Below, piece after piece: positions 19,659 through 29,647 of a DNA stretch of 54,731 nt. The number at the start of each line of letters is the position of its first letter. The first letter of the stretch is position 1. The DNA comes from Bdellovibrionota bacterium (GTDB lineage Bacteria; Bdellovibrionota_C; UBA2361; OMII01). The stretch spans positions 1 through 54,731 of the forward strand of contig JBIJBE010000023.1 in assembly GCA_044345405.1 (NCBI GenBank), read 5' to 3'. The position numbers and the translations under genes are program-made. The notes under the pieces were generated by a model. It had not been told where the DNA came from. It worked only from the letters and a program-made list of their open reading frames with translations, and did no database searches.

Positions 19659-19685
19659 CTATCGGCGGCGCTCGAAGTTGCTGAA
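19659..19685 (-). promoter_or_regulatory. Possible sigma-28 (FliA)-type promoter for the flagellin-D0-like gene
   Basis: TTCAG-N14-GCCGATAG versus consensus TAAAG-N14-GCCGATAA. Confidence 0.4.
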
Positions 19686-19830
19686 CGATTTGGCGCTTAA
19701 AAGTGCCTCATATCAGCAGGTGTTATTCACAATCAAACACCCCAACCCACTGTTTCAACTGAAATAAAATCCCTATCAGGGACAGCATTCAGCCACGGAA
19801 GCTAATCTGAGTGCCGACTCGAGAGGTCGG

Positions 19831-22800
19831 ATGTATACTCAAAGAACCGGGGCGCCTGAAGATTTTTCTCTTCCTTCGCCTCACAACCCGTCTCCGTTAG
19901 TACAGAACGACAGCATGAACGGACACACCTCTCACCCCCTCCCAGCCGACCTCATCGAGACCCTCTCATCCATGCTCACGGCGGAGGATCACGCGATACT
20001 CGCTTCCCTCTCCGATCCACTTCACCCCGAGGAGCGGCTCTCGGTCGGGAGCTACGTCAAAGCTCTCTTCGCGCGAGCCTCATCCGACTTTACTCGAGCT
20101 CAAACTCCAGAAGACGTGCACCGTATCGTATCGGGAAGCCTTACCGCGATCGGCGCCGTAGCGGCCCAGCAGGACCGCATCGTTCTCAACTTCGCTCTCG
20201 CCGACAACGCGGGCGCGCTTTTCATCGCGCTCGACGACCACCCATTTATTATTAGCTCCATCGCGGAGACGCTCTCCGACGCTGACATTCGCGTTGACGC
20301 GTTTCTTCATCCGATCGTGCTCTTTAAAGGAGCTCCCATCGCGACATCTTTTATTGAGGTGCACATCGCTTCGATCGATAGAACACCTCCCCTCCTTCCG
20401 CGACTCCGGGAGATGCTGCGAAATCTTACTCAGGTAGGTCGCGACTTCGCGCCTATGAAGGCTCTCGTCTCATCGACCCGGGCAGCACTGCAAACAACGA
20501 CCCTTCGAACCAATTGCGGAGAGCTTCCCTCATCAGAGGTAGCGGAATTTTTGGAGTGGCTCAACGACGGATGCTTCTTCTTTTTAGGGGGTGGAACGGG
20601 CACCCTCGAGAAAGGACTCGATCCCAACTCCCTTCTCGGTGTGTGGCACGCGGAGAACTCCTACACTACCGACCTTGGCACCGAGGCGCATGAGGATATT
20701 CAATCCCTGACGCAAGGTGACCTTCATCTCTCGATCCGAAAACTTCGGCTCACATCCAGGATTCATCGCCACGCGACCCTGCTCCACGTTCTCGTGCGTC
20801 CCACAAAGTCATCCTCCGCTGTGGCGTCCTTCATTGGATACCTCACCTCCAAGGCGTGGGCGCATGAGGCTCTGGACATTCCGATACTGCGTCGCAAAGT
20901 TGAGACGATTGTTACCCAAGAAGGAACGATTCCGGACTCGCACGACTACAAGTACATCGTTGAAGTTATCGACAACATGCCGACCGACGAGGCCTTGGCC
21001 ACCCCAACATCAAACTTGGTGGCGCTTACCCGGCTCGCCCTCGGCGTTTTTAGCCAAGAAGAGACGCGAAGTATCACCACGGTGGATGAATTTGGGCGGA
21101 GAGCGTTCACCGCGATAGTCCTACCCCCCGAGCGTTACAGCTCCGCGGTTCAATCGAACGTGCAAAGCCTGCTCGAGGCGACCTTCCAAGCGGAGTCGTG
21201 GTCGAGCGAGATCCACATCGACTCAAGCAAAAAACGCCAATTTAGGGTCTACATCAGCACACCACTCCCCACGGGACGGGGAGCGTTCTTTGTGCCCGAC
21301 ACGCTCGCGAACTTGATTATCGCCGCTACATTGCCATGGGACGAAAAGCTTCGCGCGACTACCGAATCGCTTGAGATCCCCTTCTCACTCGATGGGATCT
21401 TTCCCGAGGATTACAAAGCGGTCACGGATACCGCCGAAGCCACGCACGATCTTCGCTCCCTCGCGACCCTATCTCAATCGGCGACGGTCGCCGTATCCCT
21501 CTTCGCTCCCGAAGCTGGAAATCCAGCCCTCCTCTCAATCTTCTCTCTCGACAAAGAGATCTCCATCAGCCACGCGACCCCGGTACTCGAGAATGTGGGG
21601 CTTGAGGTACTTAACGCCTACTCATATGAATGTGGCGGCCCCCTCGGCACTACACACCTCCTCAAGCTCTCAGTTCGACCCTACGACGGGGAGGCGCTCT
21701 CCGCGGAGAATTTCAACGTAGCGGTAGCCCCAGGAATCTCTAAGGTCCTTCAAGGTGAGGCCGCGAATGACGCCCTCAACGCGTTGCTGCGCAAAGCGCC
21801 CCTGACTATCCGACAGGTCGGGCTTCTCCGTGGTTACTGCGCCCTGCTGTGGCAGGTTCACAAGATATCCACGAAACGAACGATGTGGGAGGCGCTTGCT
21901 GGCGCCCCTCACGTCGCGACTCAGCTGTGCAGAATCTTTGATTGGAGATTTAATCCCGAACACGCGGTCTCGCTTGAGGAACGAACACGCAGAGCATCCC
22001 TTGAGGAATCCGTACTCGTGGAGGCGCTCCGTCAAGTTCCCGACATAACCCAAGACAGAGTCCTTCGCGCGCTCCTCGCCTTGATGCGAAGCACGGTCAG
22101 GACGAACTTCTTCACCCAGACGGAGACGCTCGCGATCAAGCTTCGATCGCAAGAGATTGAGTTCATGCCCCATCCACGACCACTCTTTGAGATCTTTGTC
22201 TTTTCTCCTCGCATAGAAGGTACCCATCTGCGCAGCGCCCGTGTGGCGCGCGGTGGCATTCGGTGGAGCGAGCGTCTCGACGACTATCGATCCGAGGTCT
22301 TAGGCCTCATGAAAACCCAGAAGGTGAAGAACGTCATCATCGTTCCAAGTGGCGCGAAGGGCGGATTCATCGTCAAAAACCTTCCGCGCCAGGGTGATGG
22401 AGTGGCAAAGGGGGTTGAACAGGGTTATCGCGAATATATCACCGCGCTCCTCACCCTCGCCGACACGAAGAGAGATGAAACGGTCGCGCATCCCGCTGGA
22501 TTGATAATTCACGATGAGCCGGACCCCTACTTCGTTGTCGCCGCTGATAAGGGCACCGCCACGTTCAGCGACATCGCGAACTCGATCGCTCAAAAGGATT
22601 TCAATTTTTGGCTCGGTGACGCCTTCGCCTCCGGCGGTTCTGCGGGCTACGACCACAAGAGGTACGGAATTACCGCGAAGGGTGGTTGGGAATGTGTCCT
22701 GCGACACTTCCGCGACCTTGGTATCAACTACGAGACGGAGCCGTTCACCGTGGTGGGACTGGGCGACATGTCGGGCGATGTCTTCGGCAACGCGCTTATG

Positions 22801-24648
22801 CTCAATCCGAACATGTCGCTCGTCGCGGCGTTCAACCACAAGCACATCTTTATCGATCCGACACCTCAGATCGCCAAAGCCTTTGAAGAGCGGATCAGGC
22901 TCTTCAACACTCCACGCACCCAATGGTCTGACTTCAACGCGTCTATAATCTCTCAAGGGGGCGGCGTATTTAATCGATTCGATAAGGAGATCACCTTAAA
23001 TCCGGAGATTCGGGCGGCTCTCTCACTCCCCGATGACGTGCCAAACGTTGTCGATGGAGAGCGTCTCGTATCTCTCATCCTAAAAGCCAGGGTCGACCTC
23101 ATCTGGAACGGAGGAATCGGAACGTACGTCAAAGCGCGCTCTGAATCGCATGCCGACGTAAACGATGGCACCAACGATGGCGTACGAATCAACGCCGATG
23201 AGCTTCGCGCGAGGGTTGTTGGCGAGGGTGGAAATCTCGGATTCACACAAAAGGCTCGTATCGAGTTCGCGCTCCGAGGAGGTCGGATTAACACCGACGC
23301 GATCGACAACTCAGGTGGCGTAGACCTATCCGATCACGAGGTGAACCTTAAACTGCTCCTCACACCACTCGTGGCGAAGGGGCGGATCTCCCTTGAGCAA
23401 CGCAACGACCTCTTGAAAGAGATCGCTCCCGACGTGGTGGAATCGGTTCTGCAACATAACCGGGACCAAGCCCTCATGCTCTCGGTCTCGCAGATCCGAT
23501 CGACTACCACTATGGAGCAGTACCGATACCTCATCCGGGAGATGCACCGACGAGGCTTTCTCGATAGAAACCGCGACGCGCTGCCAGATGAGGCCGAGCT
23601 CGACGAGCGAGCCTCAGCTAAAACTGGGCTTACGCGACCGGAGCTCGCGATATGCAGCGCCGCCGTTAAGATGTGGATCAAAGAGGAGATCCGGCCATCA
23701 AATCTGTGTAAGGACCACAGCCTTGAGCGATTCCTCCTCTCCTACTTCCCCTCGAAGGTCCGTGAGGGCTTTACCGAGGAGGTCCTCGCCCACCCCCTTC
23801 GGTCGGATATCATCGCGAGCGAAATCATTAGCACGATACTACCGGTTGTAGGGATCTCATTCCCACACTCGGTGGTGTCTATGAACAACACAACCGTGCC
23901 AACGGCGATGAAGTGCATCCTCGCGGCGGACACGATCCTTGGGGGAGAGGAGTTACGAGCGAAACTGAAGACCCTCGATACCCCAGCGCACTGCCCTAAC
24001 TTCACTAAGCTATGGCTCGATATGGGTATCGCTATCCGAGAGGCCGCGAACTGGCTCCTCTCAACGCACGGCACCACGCATTCCTTACAAGAGATCGTTA
24101 ATCTCTACGCGAACCAATTCAAAACGCTCGCCAACCATAGCGCGCTCGTGTTCACCGGCAAGGAGTTCTCCCGCTTTGAACGTCGTGTCAGCGAGTACCG
24201 GGCGCTCGACGCGCGGATCACAGAGGCGAATACCCTCGCGCTCTATCGGCGTATTTTACCGTTACTAGAGATGTTGTGGTCGGCGCGTGAGTTCTCTTGT
24301 GATGTAAAGCTCGTCGCGAGCACCTATTCGCAGGTGCTTGAGGAATTGCGAATTAACGAATTGTTTAAATTTGAGAACCTTCTTGAACCCACAAGTAAAT
24401 GGGAACAGGAGCTCGTCGAAGGCTCCTATCAGGAGATCCGTAGAAATATCTCCCTCATCGCCGGGCAGATCGTCCGAAAAGGTCTCAAGCATCCAGAGGA
24501 GATCCAGGCCGCGTTAGCGACGGCGAGTGGCTACGAGGGCATCCGTTCCACTATGACCGATGTGGAAGAGCTCCTACAACAGAAGCGTCCGTTCCAGGTC
24601 GCGGTCCTTCCAGTTATTACGCGGCAGCTACGAATGTTCAAGGTATAG
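19831..24648 (+). CDS. gdhB: Large NAD-specific glutamate dehydrogenase (~1600-aa bacterial type)
   Basis: ARGGIRWS, VKNVIIVPSGAKGGF, VAADKGTATFSD, GDAFASGGSAGYDHK, GDMSGDVFGN, EGGNLG, NTDAIDNSGGV. Start may be 19915. Confidence 0.95.
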   Translation: MYTQRTGAPEDFSLPSPHNPSPLVQNDSMNGHTSHPLPADLIETLSSMLTAEDHAILASLSDPLHPEERLSVGSYVKALFARASSDFTRAQTPEDVHRIVSGSLTAIGAVAAQQDRIVLNFALADNAGALFIALDDHPFIISSIAETLSDADIRVDAFLHPIVLFKGAPIATSFIEVHIASIDRTPPLLPRLREMLRNLTQVGRDFAPMKALVSSTRAALQTTTLRTNCGELPSSEVAEFLEWLNDGCFFFLGGGTGTLEKGLDPNSLLGVWHAENSYTTDLGTEAHEDIQSLTQGDLHLSIRKLRLTSRIHRHATLLHVLVRPTKSSSAVASFIGYLTSKAWAHEALDIPILRRKVETIVTQEGTIPDSHDYKYIVEVIDNMPTDEALATPTSNLVALTRLALGVFSQEETRSITTVDEFGRRAFTAIVLPPERYSSAVQSNVQSLLEATFQAESWSSEIHIDSSKKRQFRVYISTPLPTGRGAFFVPDTLANLIIAATLPWDEKLRATTESLEIPFSLDGIFPEDYKAVTDTAEATHDLRSLATLSQSATVAVSLFAPEAGNPALLSIFSLDKEISISHATPVLENVGLEVLNAYSYECGGPLGTTHLLKLSVRPYDGEALSAENFNVAVAPGISKVLQGEAANDALNALLRKAPLTIRQVGLLRGYCALLWQVHKISTKRTMWEALAGAPHVATQLCRIFDWRFNPEHAVSLEERTRRASLEESVLVEALRQVPDITQDRVLRALLALMRSTVRTNFFTQTETLAIKLRSQEIEFMPHPRPLFEIFVFSPRIEGTHLRSARVARGGIRWSERLDDYRSEVLGLMKTQKVKNVIIVPSGAKGGFIVKNLPRQGDGVAKGVEQGYREYITALLTLADTKRDETVAHPAGLIIHDEPDPYFVVAADKGTATFSDIANSIAQKDFNFWLGDAFASGGSAGYDHKRYGITAKGGWECVLRHFRDLGINYETEPFTVVGLGDMSGDVFGNALMLNPNMSLVAAFNHKHIFIDPTPQIAKAFEERIRLFNTPRTQWSDFNASIISQGGGVFNRFDKEITLNPEIRAALSLPDDVPNVVDGERLVSLILKARVDLIWNGGIGTYVKARSESHADVNDGTNDGVRINADELRARVVGEGGNLGFTQKARIEFALRGGRINTDAIDNSGGVDLSDHEVNLKLLLTPLVAKGRISLEQRNDLLKEIAPDVVESVLQHNRDQALMLSVSQIRSTTTMEQYRYLIREMHRRGFLDRNRDALPDEAELDERASAKTGLTRPELAICSAAVKMWIKEEIRPSNLCKDHSLERFLLSYFPSKVREGFTEEVLAHPLRSDIIASEIISTILPVVGISFPHSVVSMNNTTVPTAMKCILAADTILGGEELRAKLKTLDTPAHCPNFTKLWLDMGIAIREAANWLLSTHGTTHSLQEIVNLYANQFKTLANHSALVFTGKEFSRFERRVSEYRALDARITEANTLALYRRILPLLEMLWSAREFSCDVKLVASTYSQVLEELRINELFKFENLLEPTSKWEQELVEGSYQEIRRNISLIAGQIVRKGLKHPEEIQAALATASGYEGIRSTMTDVEELLQQKRPFQVAVLPVITRQLRMFKV

Positions 24649-24769
24649 GTAGAGAGTCTCCCTATCCCTCAAGCCATGCGCGACATGACAAAGAAACCCA
24701 TGCCCCGCGTCGCCGCGAGGGCCCACGTTCCGTTCAGCGAGACGCCGCACGGGTCGCGTAGAGTCCGCC

Positions 24770-27700
24770 TTATTGCCGCACCATCACACTCGCTGGCTTC
24801 TCACCACGGATCAGATCGCGAAGCTCAAGGGCTCTTGTGTGCTGAGGCTCGAATATCAGGATCTTCTCGACCTCAGACTTCGCCTGCTCAACCTTACCTT
24901 GCGCGAAGAGTATTCCGGCGAAGGAGTACAACATCTCGATATTCGCTGGATGCAGCTCAAGGTACGAATTGATAGCCTTTTCGATCTCCGTGTATCGCTT
25001 CATCGGATACCCGAGCTGAAGAACGCCAAGGAGCGCTCGTCGATTCTCAGGATTGGAAGCGACCGCCTGCTGGAAGAGCTCAAACGCCTTCTCCTCTTTC
25101 TTATTCACCATCGCGCAGAGTCCGAGTCCGGCGAGTGCGACGTCGTAGGTGGGCGCGATGCTCACAGCCTTATCGAAATACCCCTGCGCGGCCGTCCACT
25201 CCTGTCGCTCAGCGGCGAGAGCTCCCTTACCACAGAGCGCGCGCACGCTGCGAGGGTTCCCGCTCAACACTTGCGAATATATTCCATCGGCGATCTCAAG
25301 CTCCCCATCCATGACGTGGAACTCGGCCTCGACGCAGTTGAAACGCTCACGTTGAGCCTCGCTAAGACCAGGGGTGCGACGAACCTTGTCCATCGCCTCT
25401 CGAGCCTCATCTTGCTTACCTTCACGTTTCCACTGCTCCGCCTCATCCATCTTGCCATCAGCGAAGCTCACCATATCAGCGGCTTTTTCGTCTCGCTGTT
25501 GGAAGTACTCGGCGGCGAGACCAGTGCTCCGCTCATTCGAGTTGGAGGCGGCCTCCTTCATCGACGCCTCTACAGCCGCGGAGGCGGTTGAGGTTGGAGC
25601 TGGCTGGGACACCTGGACTGGAACCTGTACCGCCGATTGCGTTGGCGCTGAAGGGGTCATTTGCTTCGCGATCATCTCTTGAAGCTCCCGAGCCGCCTCA
25701 TGATCCGGCCGCTCGGAGATGACTCGAGAGAGCTCCCCGTTAGCCGCCGCCCAGAGTCCCTGCTTGTAGAGAACTCCGGCAAGACAGAAGCGAATCGATG
25801 TGTCCTGAGGCTTCACCGAGAGGTATCGGCGAACCGCGCTCTCAGCGCGATTGAACGCGCCAAGCTGATAGGAACACTCAAGGAGCTGATGGAGCGCCAC
25901 GAGGTGGTCTGGCACCTGCGCGAGAACGCGCTCGAAGATCGGCATAGCCTCCACTGGCTGACCAGCGACGGCGACACACATACCGAGCCCCGTGAGGAGG
26001 TTCGGATCGTGAGGGGTCACCTTGAGGGCTCGATCGAAGTAGCTGACAGCCTCGGCGATTCGGCCCTGAGCCAAACACACCGCGCCACGAGCCTTAAGGA
26101 CTCGAGTCGAGGTGGCGTCAACGACCTCGGCCTCTCGCAAGAGGGTCTCGGCTCGCGCGTAGTCACCCTCGCGGGCGGCTGTCTCACCTTGTTCAATAAG
26201 GGTTTCTAAGTGTTTTGAATCAACGCTCATATCGTAGCATCCTCCAACTGGTGTAGCTTGTGGGACATCGCCGACCTCGGCAGAACTTCCCTTTATAATA
26301 TTTTCGTAAGCCGAAACGGTCTTATCCACTGCGGTATCCCACGTATAACTCTTGGCCATCTCTACAAGCCCCTCCTTAACGGGCGCATAGAACGCGGCTG
26401 AGATAGCCGCGTTTATCGAATCCGAATCCCAAGGCTGACAGTAGAAGGCCTTCGTACCAACATAGTCCCCCGTCGTGCCCGTCCTTGTTACAACGATATT
26501 TTTTCCATGCGCTGCTGCCTCTAAAGACACCAAGCCTGGGAGCTCATACCAACTTGGGAGCACATGAATACGACAAGCAGAGTAAGCGGACGACAACATC
26601 TCTTGGGAAACACGATCCAAGATAATCGTGCGTCCCTTACGCTTAAACGCTCGTACCGCCTCTTCGTATTCAGGCTGATATGAGAAACCACCGCCCGCGA
26701 GAACCACCGTGAGATCAGAGTCCTCGAGAGCTTTCAGTAACATCAACTGATTTTTCCGAGTCTCGATTCTGCCCACGCAGAGTACGAAGTCCTTGACCCC
26801 ATACTCCCGCTCGAACAGCTCGGGACCGACCATGCGACCAACCTCATGGCCAAGTGGAACCTCTACTACCAGTTTTGCTTGCGGAAAATCTCTCACTATC
26901 GCGTTTGTCTCTCCCGAACCGTTCGTGAAGAGCGCTGTCGCGTTATCGACGAGCCAATCGACGGCGAATCTCTCAGCTGGAATGACGGAACTCAGATCTA
27001 ACTTGTGGGAAGCCCACCACTGCCGGTCCTGCCCTCGAGCGACATACTCCAAGAGTTTAATCGCCACCGCGTGGGACTGATGATGAAAGGATGGAACATC
27101 CTCATAGAGGGTGGTGACCACAAATGGCACCCCCGCCTGCTTCGCCCTGTTCGCGAGACCCGTCGTGAGATCGGCTGTCGCGAAGTTGAAGAGGTGCACG
27201 AGGTCAAAGTTGGAAGGGTCCTCAATACCCGCCACATCCAACGTCACATCGACACCTCGCTCCGTAAGTCCCTGACTCAAACGCTCGACAACGACGGTGT
27301 CTCCACCACGGCGAACGAATGTATCCGGTCGATTCTGCATCAACACCCGCATTGGAGCCGAGATCTTGGACGTTCCTCTCTCTGATACGGATTCCGCCTC
27401 CACAGGAGCCGTCGGGACGACGACCTCAACTTCCTCAGCGACCCGAGTCATTCGCTCCTCATTTGAGGTGAAGAGCCCCTCGTAGACATCCTGAATTCGA
27501 CGACCAGCTTTCTGCCAGGAGTTCTCCTGAGCGTAGGCGCGAGCGTTCATGCGGATGTGCTCGCACAGTTGTGGGTTTCGGATAAGTATCTCAGCGGAAA
27601 TTCCTGGAGGATATCCCCCCGTCATGTGCCACACAGCGTCCCCAAACGCCATCATGCCAGGGGAAAGTGACGTCATGACAACGGCGCCAGCCCCAAGGGC

Positions 27701-28630
27701 GAGAGAGCAGGCTCCGGACGCCTCAAAATAATCGGAGAGGTAGTTCATGACCACCAGGTCAGACGCGGCGAGATACTCACCTACCTCTCTATCTGTTACG
27801 TATCGAGACACGAACGAGACGCAGTCCTCAAGGTTGTGCGCCCGAACAAAATCCTGAAGCCCCTTAAGGTACATAGCGCTACTCTTCTGATCCGTTCGCG
27901 CTTCGCCAACGATTATTCCGCGGGCGGGGATTCCCTGAGTTTGCAAATGAGCCACTGCCTCAATCACCGCTTCCATTCCCTTGTGCCGTTGAATGAAGCC
28001 GAAACTCGTGATGATCGGACCGTGCAGATCGATACCAAGCTTACCGCGAAGGGCTTGTCGGGATTCACCGGCGAGATCCTCTCTGATCTCGATACCGTGG
28101 GTAACCACCTTCACAGCCTCAGGTCGAGCCCCGTTAGCGATCGCCTCAAGCCGATTCTCGCGGGAGTGCACGATTACTCGGTCCGCTAGAGGAAGAAGAG
28201 CCTCATGCTCGGACCTCTTCGTGAAAAGCTGATGAAGATGAACCACTATCTTCACTCCCAAACTCTTCAACCTTCCCAACAGGAGAGAGAAGAGAGGTTG
28301 CTCAAAGAATGTGGTGTGGCAATTAATGTGGAGGACATCGAGCTGAGCCCTCACGATCTCGCGCTCAAGAATGGAATAGTCATTCGGTTGAGCGCCTGTG
28401 CTTGTTCGATGCCAGCAGCGAGTAACGATAGGCTCATCACTTCCGACAACCTCACAGGTATCCTCAGCGAATATCGCGACCACATGAGATGTGAGGTGAG
28501 GAACGAAGAACTTCGCGTACGTGGCGAGACCACACGCCTGATTCCATGGCGTCAGCAAGCCCACTCTCAACGGAGCGCTCGTCGCGGTAACGACGTGAGG
28601 TGGCTGATATGGTCCCTGTGGTACTGTCAT
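24770..28630 (-). CDS. Tandem GT4-type (GT-B) glycosyltransferase domains fused to TPR repeats
   Basis: Domain 1: TPWNQACGLATY, FGFIQRHKG. Domain 2: GGDTV, VGRIETRKNQ, PSWYELPGLVSLEAA. About 480 aa of TPR-like repeats follow. Start placed at the RBS-supported ATG 28630. Confidence 0.85.
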   Translation of the reverse strand: MTVPQGPYQPPHVVTATSAPLRVGLLTPWNQACGLATYAKFFVPHLTSHVVAIFAEDTCEVVGSDEPIVTRCWHRTSTGAQPNDYSILEREIVRAQLDVLHINCHTTFFEQPLFSLLLGRLKSLGVKIVVHLHQLFTKRSEHEALLPLADRVIVHSRENRLEAIANGARPEAVKVVTHGIEIREDLAGESRQALRGKLGIDLHGPIITSFGFIQRHKGMEAVIEAVAHLQTQGIPARGIIVGEARTDQKSSAMYLKGLQDFVRAHNLEDCVSFVSRYVTDREVGEYLAASDLVVMNYLSDYFEASGACSLALGAGAVVMTSLSPGMMAFGDAVWHMTGGYPPGISAEILIRNPQLCEHIRMNARAYAQENSWQKAGRRIQDVYEGLFTSNEERMTRVAEEVEVVVPTAPVEAESVSERGTSKISAPMRVLMQNRPDTFVRRGGDTVVVERLSQGLTERGVDVTLDVAGIEDPSNFDLVHLFNFATADLTTGLANRAKQAGVPFVVTTLYEDVPSFHHQSHAVAIKLLEYVARGQDRQWWASHKLDLSSVIPAERFAVDWLVDNATALFTNGSGETNAIVRDFPQAKLVVEVPLGHEVGRMVGPELFEREYGVKDFVLCVGRIETRKNQLMLLKALEDSDLTVVLAGGGFSYQPEYEEAVRAFKRKGRTIILDRVSQEMLSSAYSACRIHVLPSWYELPGLVSLEAAAHGKNIVVTRTGTTGDYVGTKAFYCQPWDSDSINAAISAAFYAPVKEGLVEMAKSYTWDTAVDKTVSAYENIIKGSSAEVGDVPQATPVGGCYDMSVDSKHLETLIEQGETAAREGDYARAETLLREAEVVDATSTRVLKARGAVCLAQGRIAEAVSYFDRALKVTPHDPNLLTGLGMCVAVAGQPVEAMPIFERVLAQVPDHLVALHQLLECSYQLGAFNRAESAVRRYLSVKPQDTSIRFCLAGVLYKQGLWAAANGELSRVISERPDHEAARELQEMIAKQMTPSAPTQSAVQVPVQVSQPAPTSTASAAVEASMKEAASNSNERSTGLAAEYFQQRDEKAADMVSFADGKMDEAEQWKREGKQDEAREAMDKVRRTPGLSEAQRERFNCVEAEFHVMDGELEIADGIYSQVLSGNPRSVRALCGKGALAAERQEWTAAQGYFDKAVSIAPTYDVALAGLGLCAMVNKKEEKAFELFQQAVASNPENRRALLGVLQLGYPMKRYTEIEKAINSYLELHPANIEMLYSFAGILFAQGKVEQAKSEVEKILIFEPQHTRALELRDLIRGEKPASVMVRQ

Positions 28631-28783
28631 CGTTAATAATCCTGTCCCTTCCTTTGGGAAGCAGATGTTACGATGCAGGGATGTGGCCAGAGGCCTCAAA
28701 GATCTTTTGGAGAAATACGAGAGAGTATGGGTGGCCCGGCTAGTCGGACCCCTCTACGGAGCATGTACTACTGGGCAGGCAAG

Positions 28784-28810
28784 ATATCGGCAATCTATTC
28801 AGTTGCTTAG
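28784..28810 (-). promoter_or_regulatory. Probable sigma-28-type promoter upstream of the GT-TPR gene
   Basis: CTAAG-N14-GCCGATAT on the minus strand, intergenic. Confidence 0.55.
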
Positions 28811-28928
28811 AAAAGCGTCGCGCCCTAAAACAGCATTATTAAACCAACGCGACCGTGAGAGGACGCGCGAACATCGACGGAAACACGATGGATATACTGA
28901 GAGCGGCTCCGGCGAGAGCCGCTCCATC

Positions 28929-29540
28929 TTACATGGCGGGAGCCGCTGGTTGAAGGTCACGAGCCGCTCTTCGGCACGCGTCCTCAAGCTTGTCGAGCTT
29001 TGGCTCAAGCTCCTTCTCGAGGCTCTCACCAAGAGCCCACCACGACTGGTAGAGCTGTTGTTGACAGATCTTCTTGCAAGTCTCAGAGATCTCTTGAACC
29101 TGCGGTGTGATATCAAGCTTCGAGCGTTTCGGTGTTGGCACGAGCTGAAGAAGGGTACCGTACCACTCAAAGAAGGCTCTGAGGGTATCAACCGCGCTCT
29201 TCAAGCGCTTGTTGCCCGTAATCATATCTCCATCCTGGAAGCCCTTGCGAGCGTCACGGAACTCGAAGAAACATGAACGAACGACACGAGAAGCGTCCTG
29301 AATTCGGTCAGCGACATAGGTCTCTGGGAAACCGGTTTGAATGTCGAGAACCTCTCCGCTGAGCTGCGCGGTGTTTTGAGACCACTCCTCATCCGAGAGC
29401 TCTCGGCCATCGATAAGGATGCTCGTCATCATGTGCTCTGGGTCGATCGACACCTTGAGCAACTCAATAAGGTCGGTAAACCGAGGAACTGAGGTGCAAT
29501 TGACATCCGTGTATTCACCGTTAATACGAACGCGCAACAT
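28929..29540 (-). CDS. Helical hypothetical protein within the fliS/glycosyltransferase cluster
   Basis: ATG 29540 (MLRVRINGE) after an AAAGGGG RBS; co-oriented with neighbours. Confidence 0.7.
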   Translation of the reverse strand: MLRVRINGEYTDVNCTSVPRFTDLIELLKVSIDPEHMMTSILIDGRELSDEEWSQNTAQLSGEVLDIQTGFPETYVADRIQDASRVVRSCFFEFRDARKGFQDGDMITGNKRLKSAVDTLRAFFEWYGTLLQLVPTPKRSKLDITPQVQEISETCKKICQQQLYQSWWALGESLEKELEPKLDKLEDACRRAARDLQPAAPAM

Positions 29541-29647
29541 ATGATTCCCCTTTCTTCTTTCAGAGCTATAGCTCTTTATCCCTTTGTTAAAACCGAACAC
29601 CTCAACGATCGCTGGCGATACCCCAAGCGCCTCAAGGTGGTCCCGCA

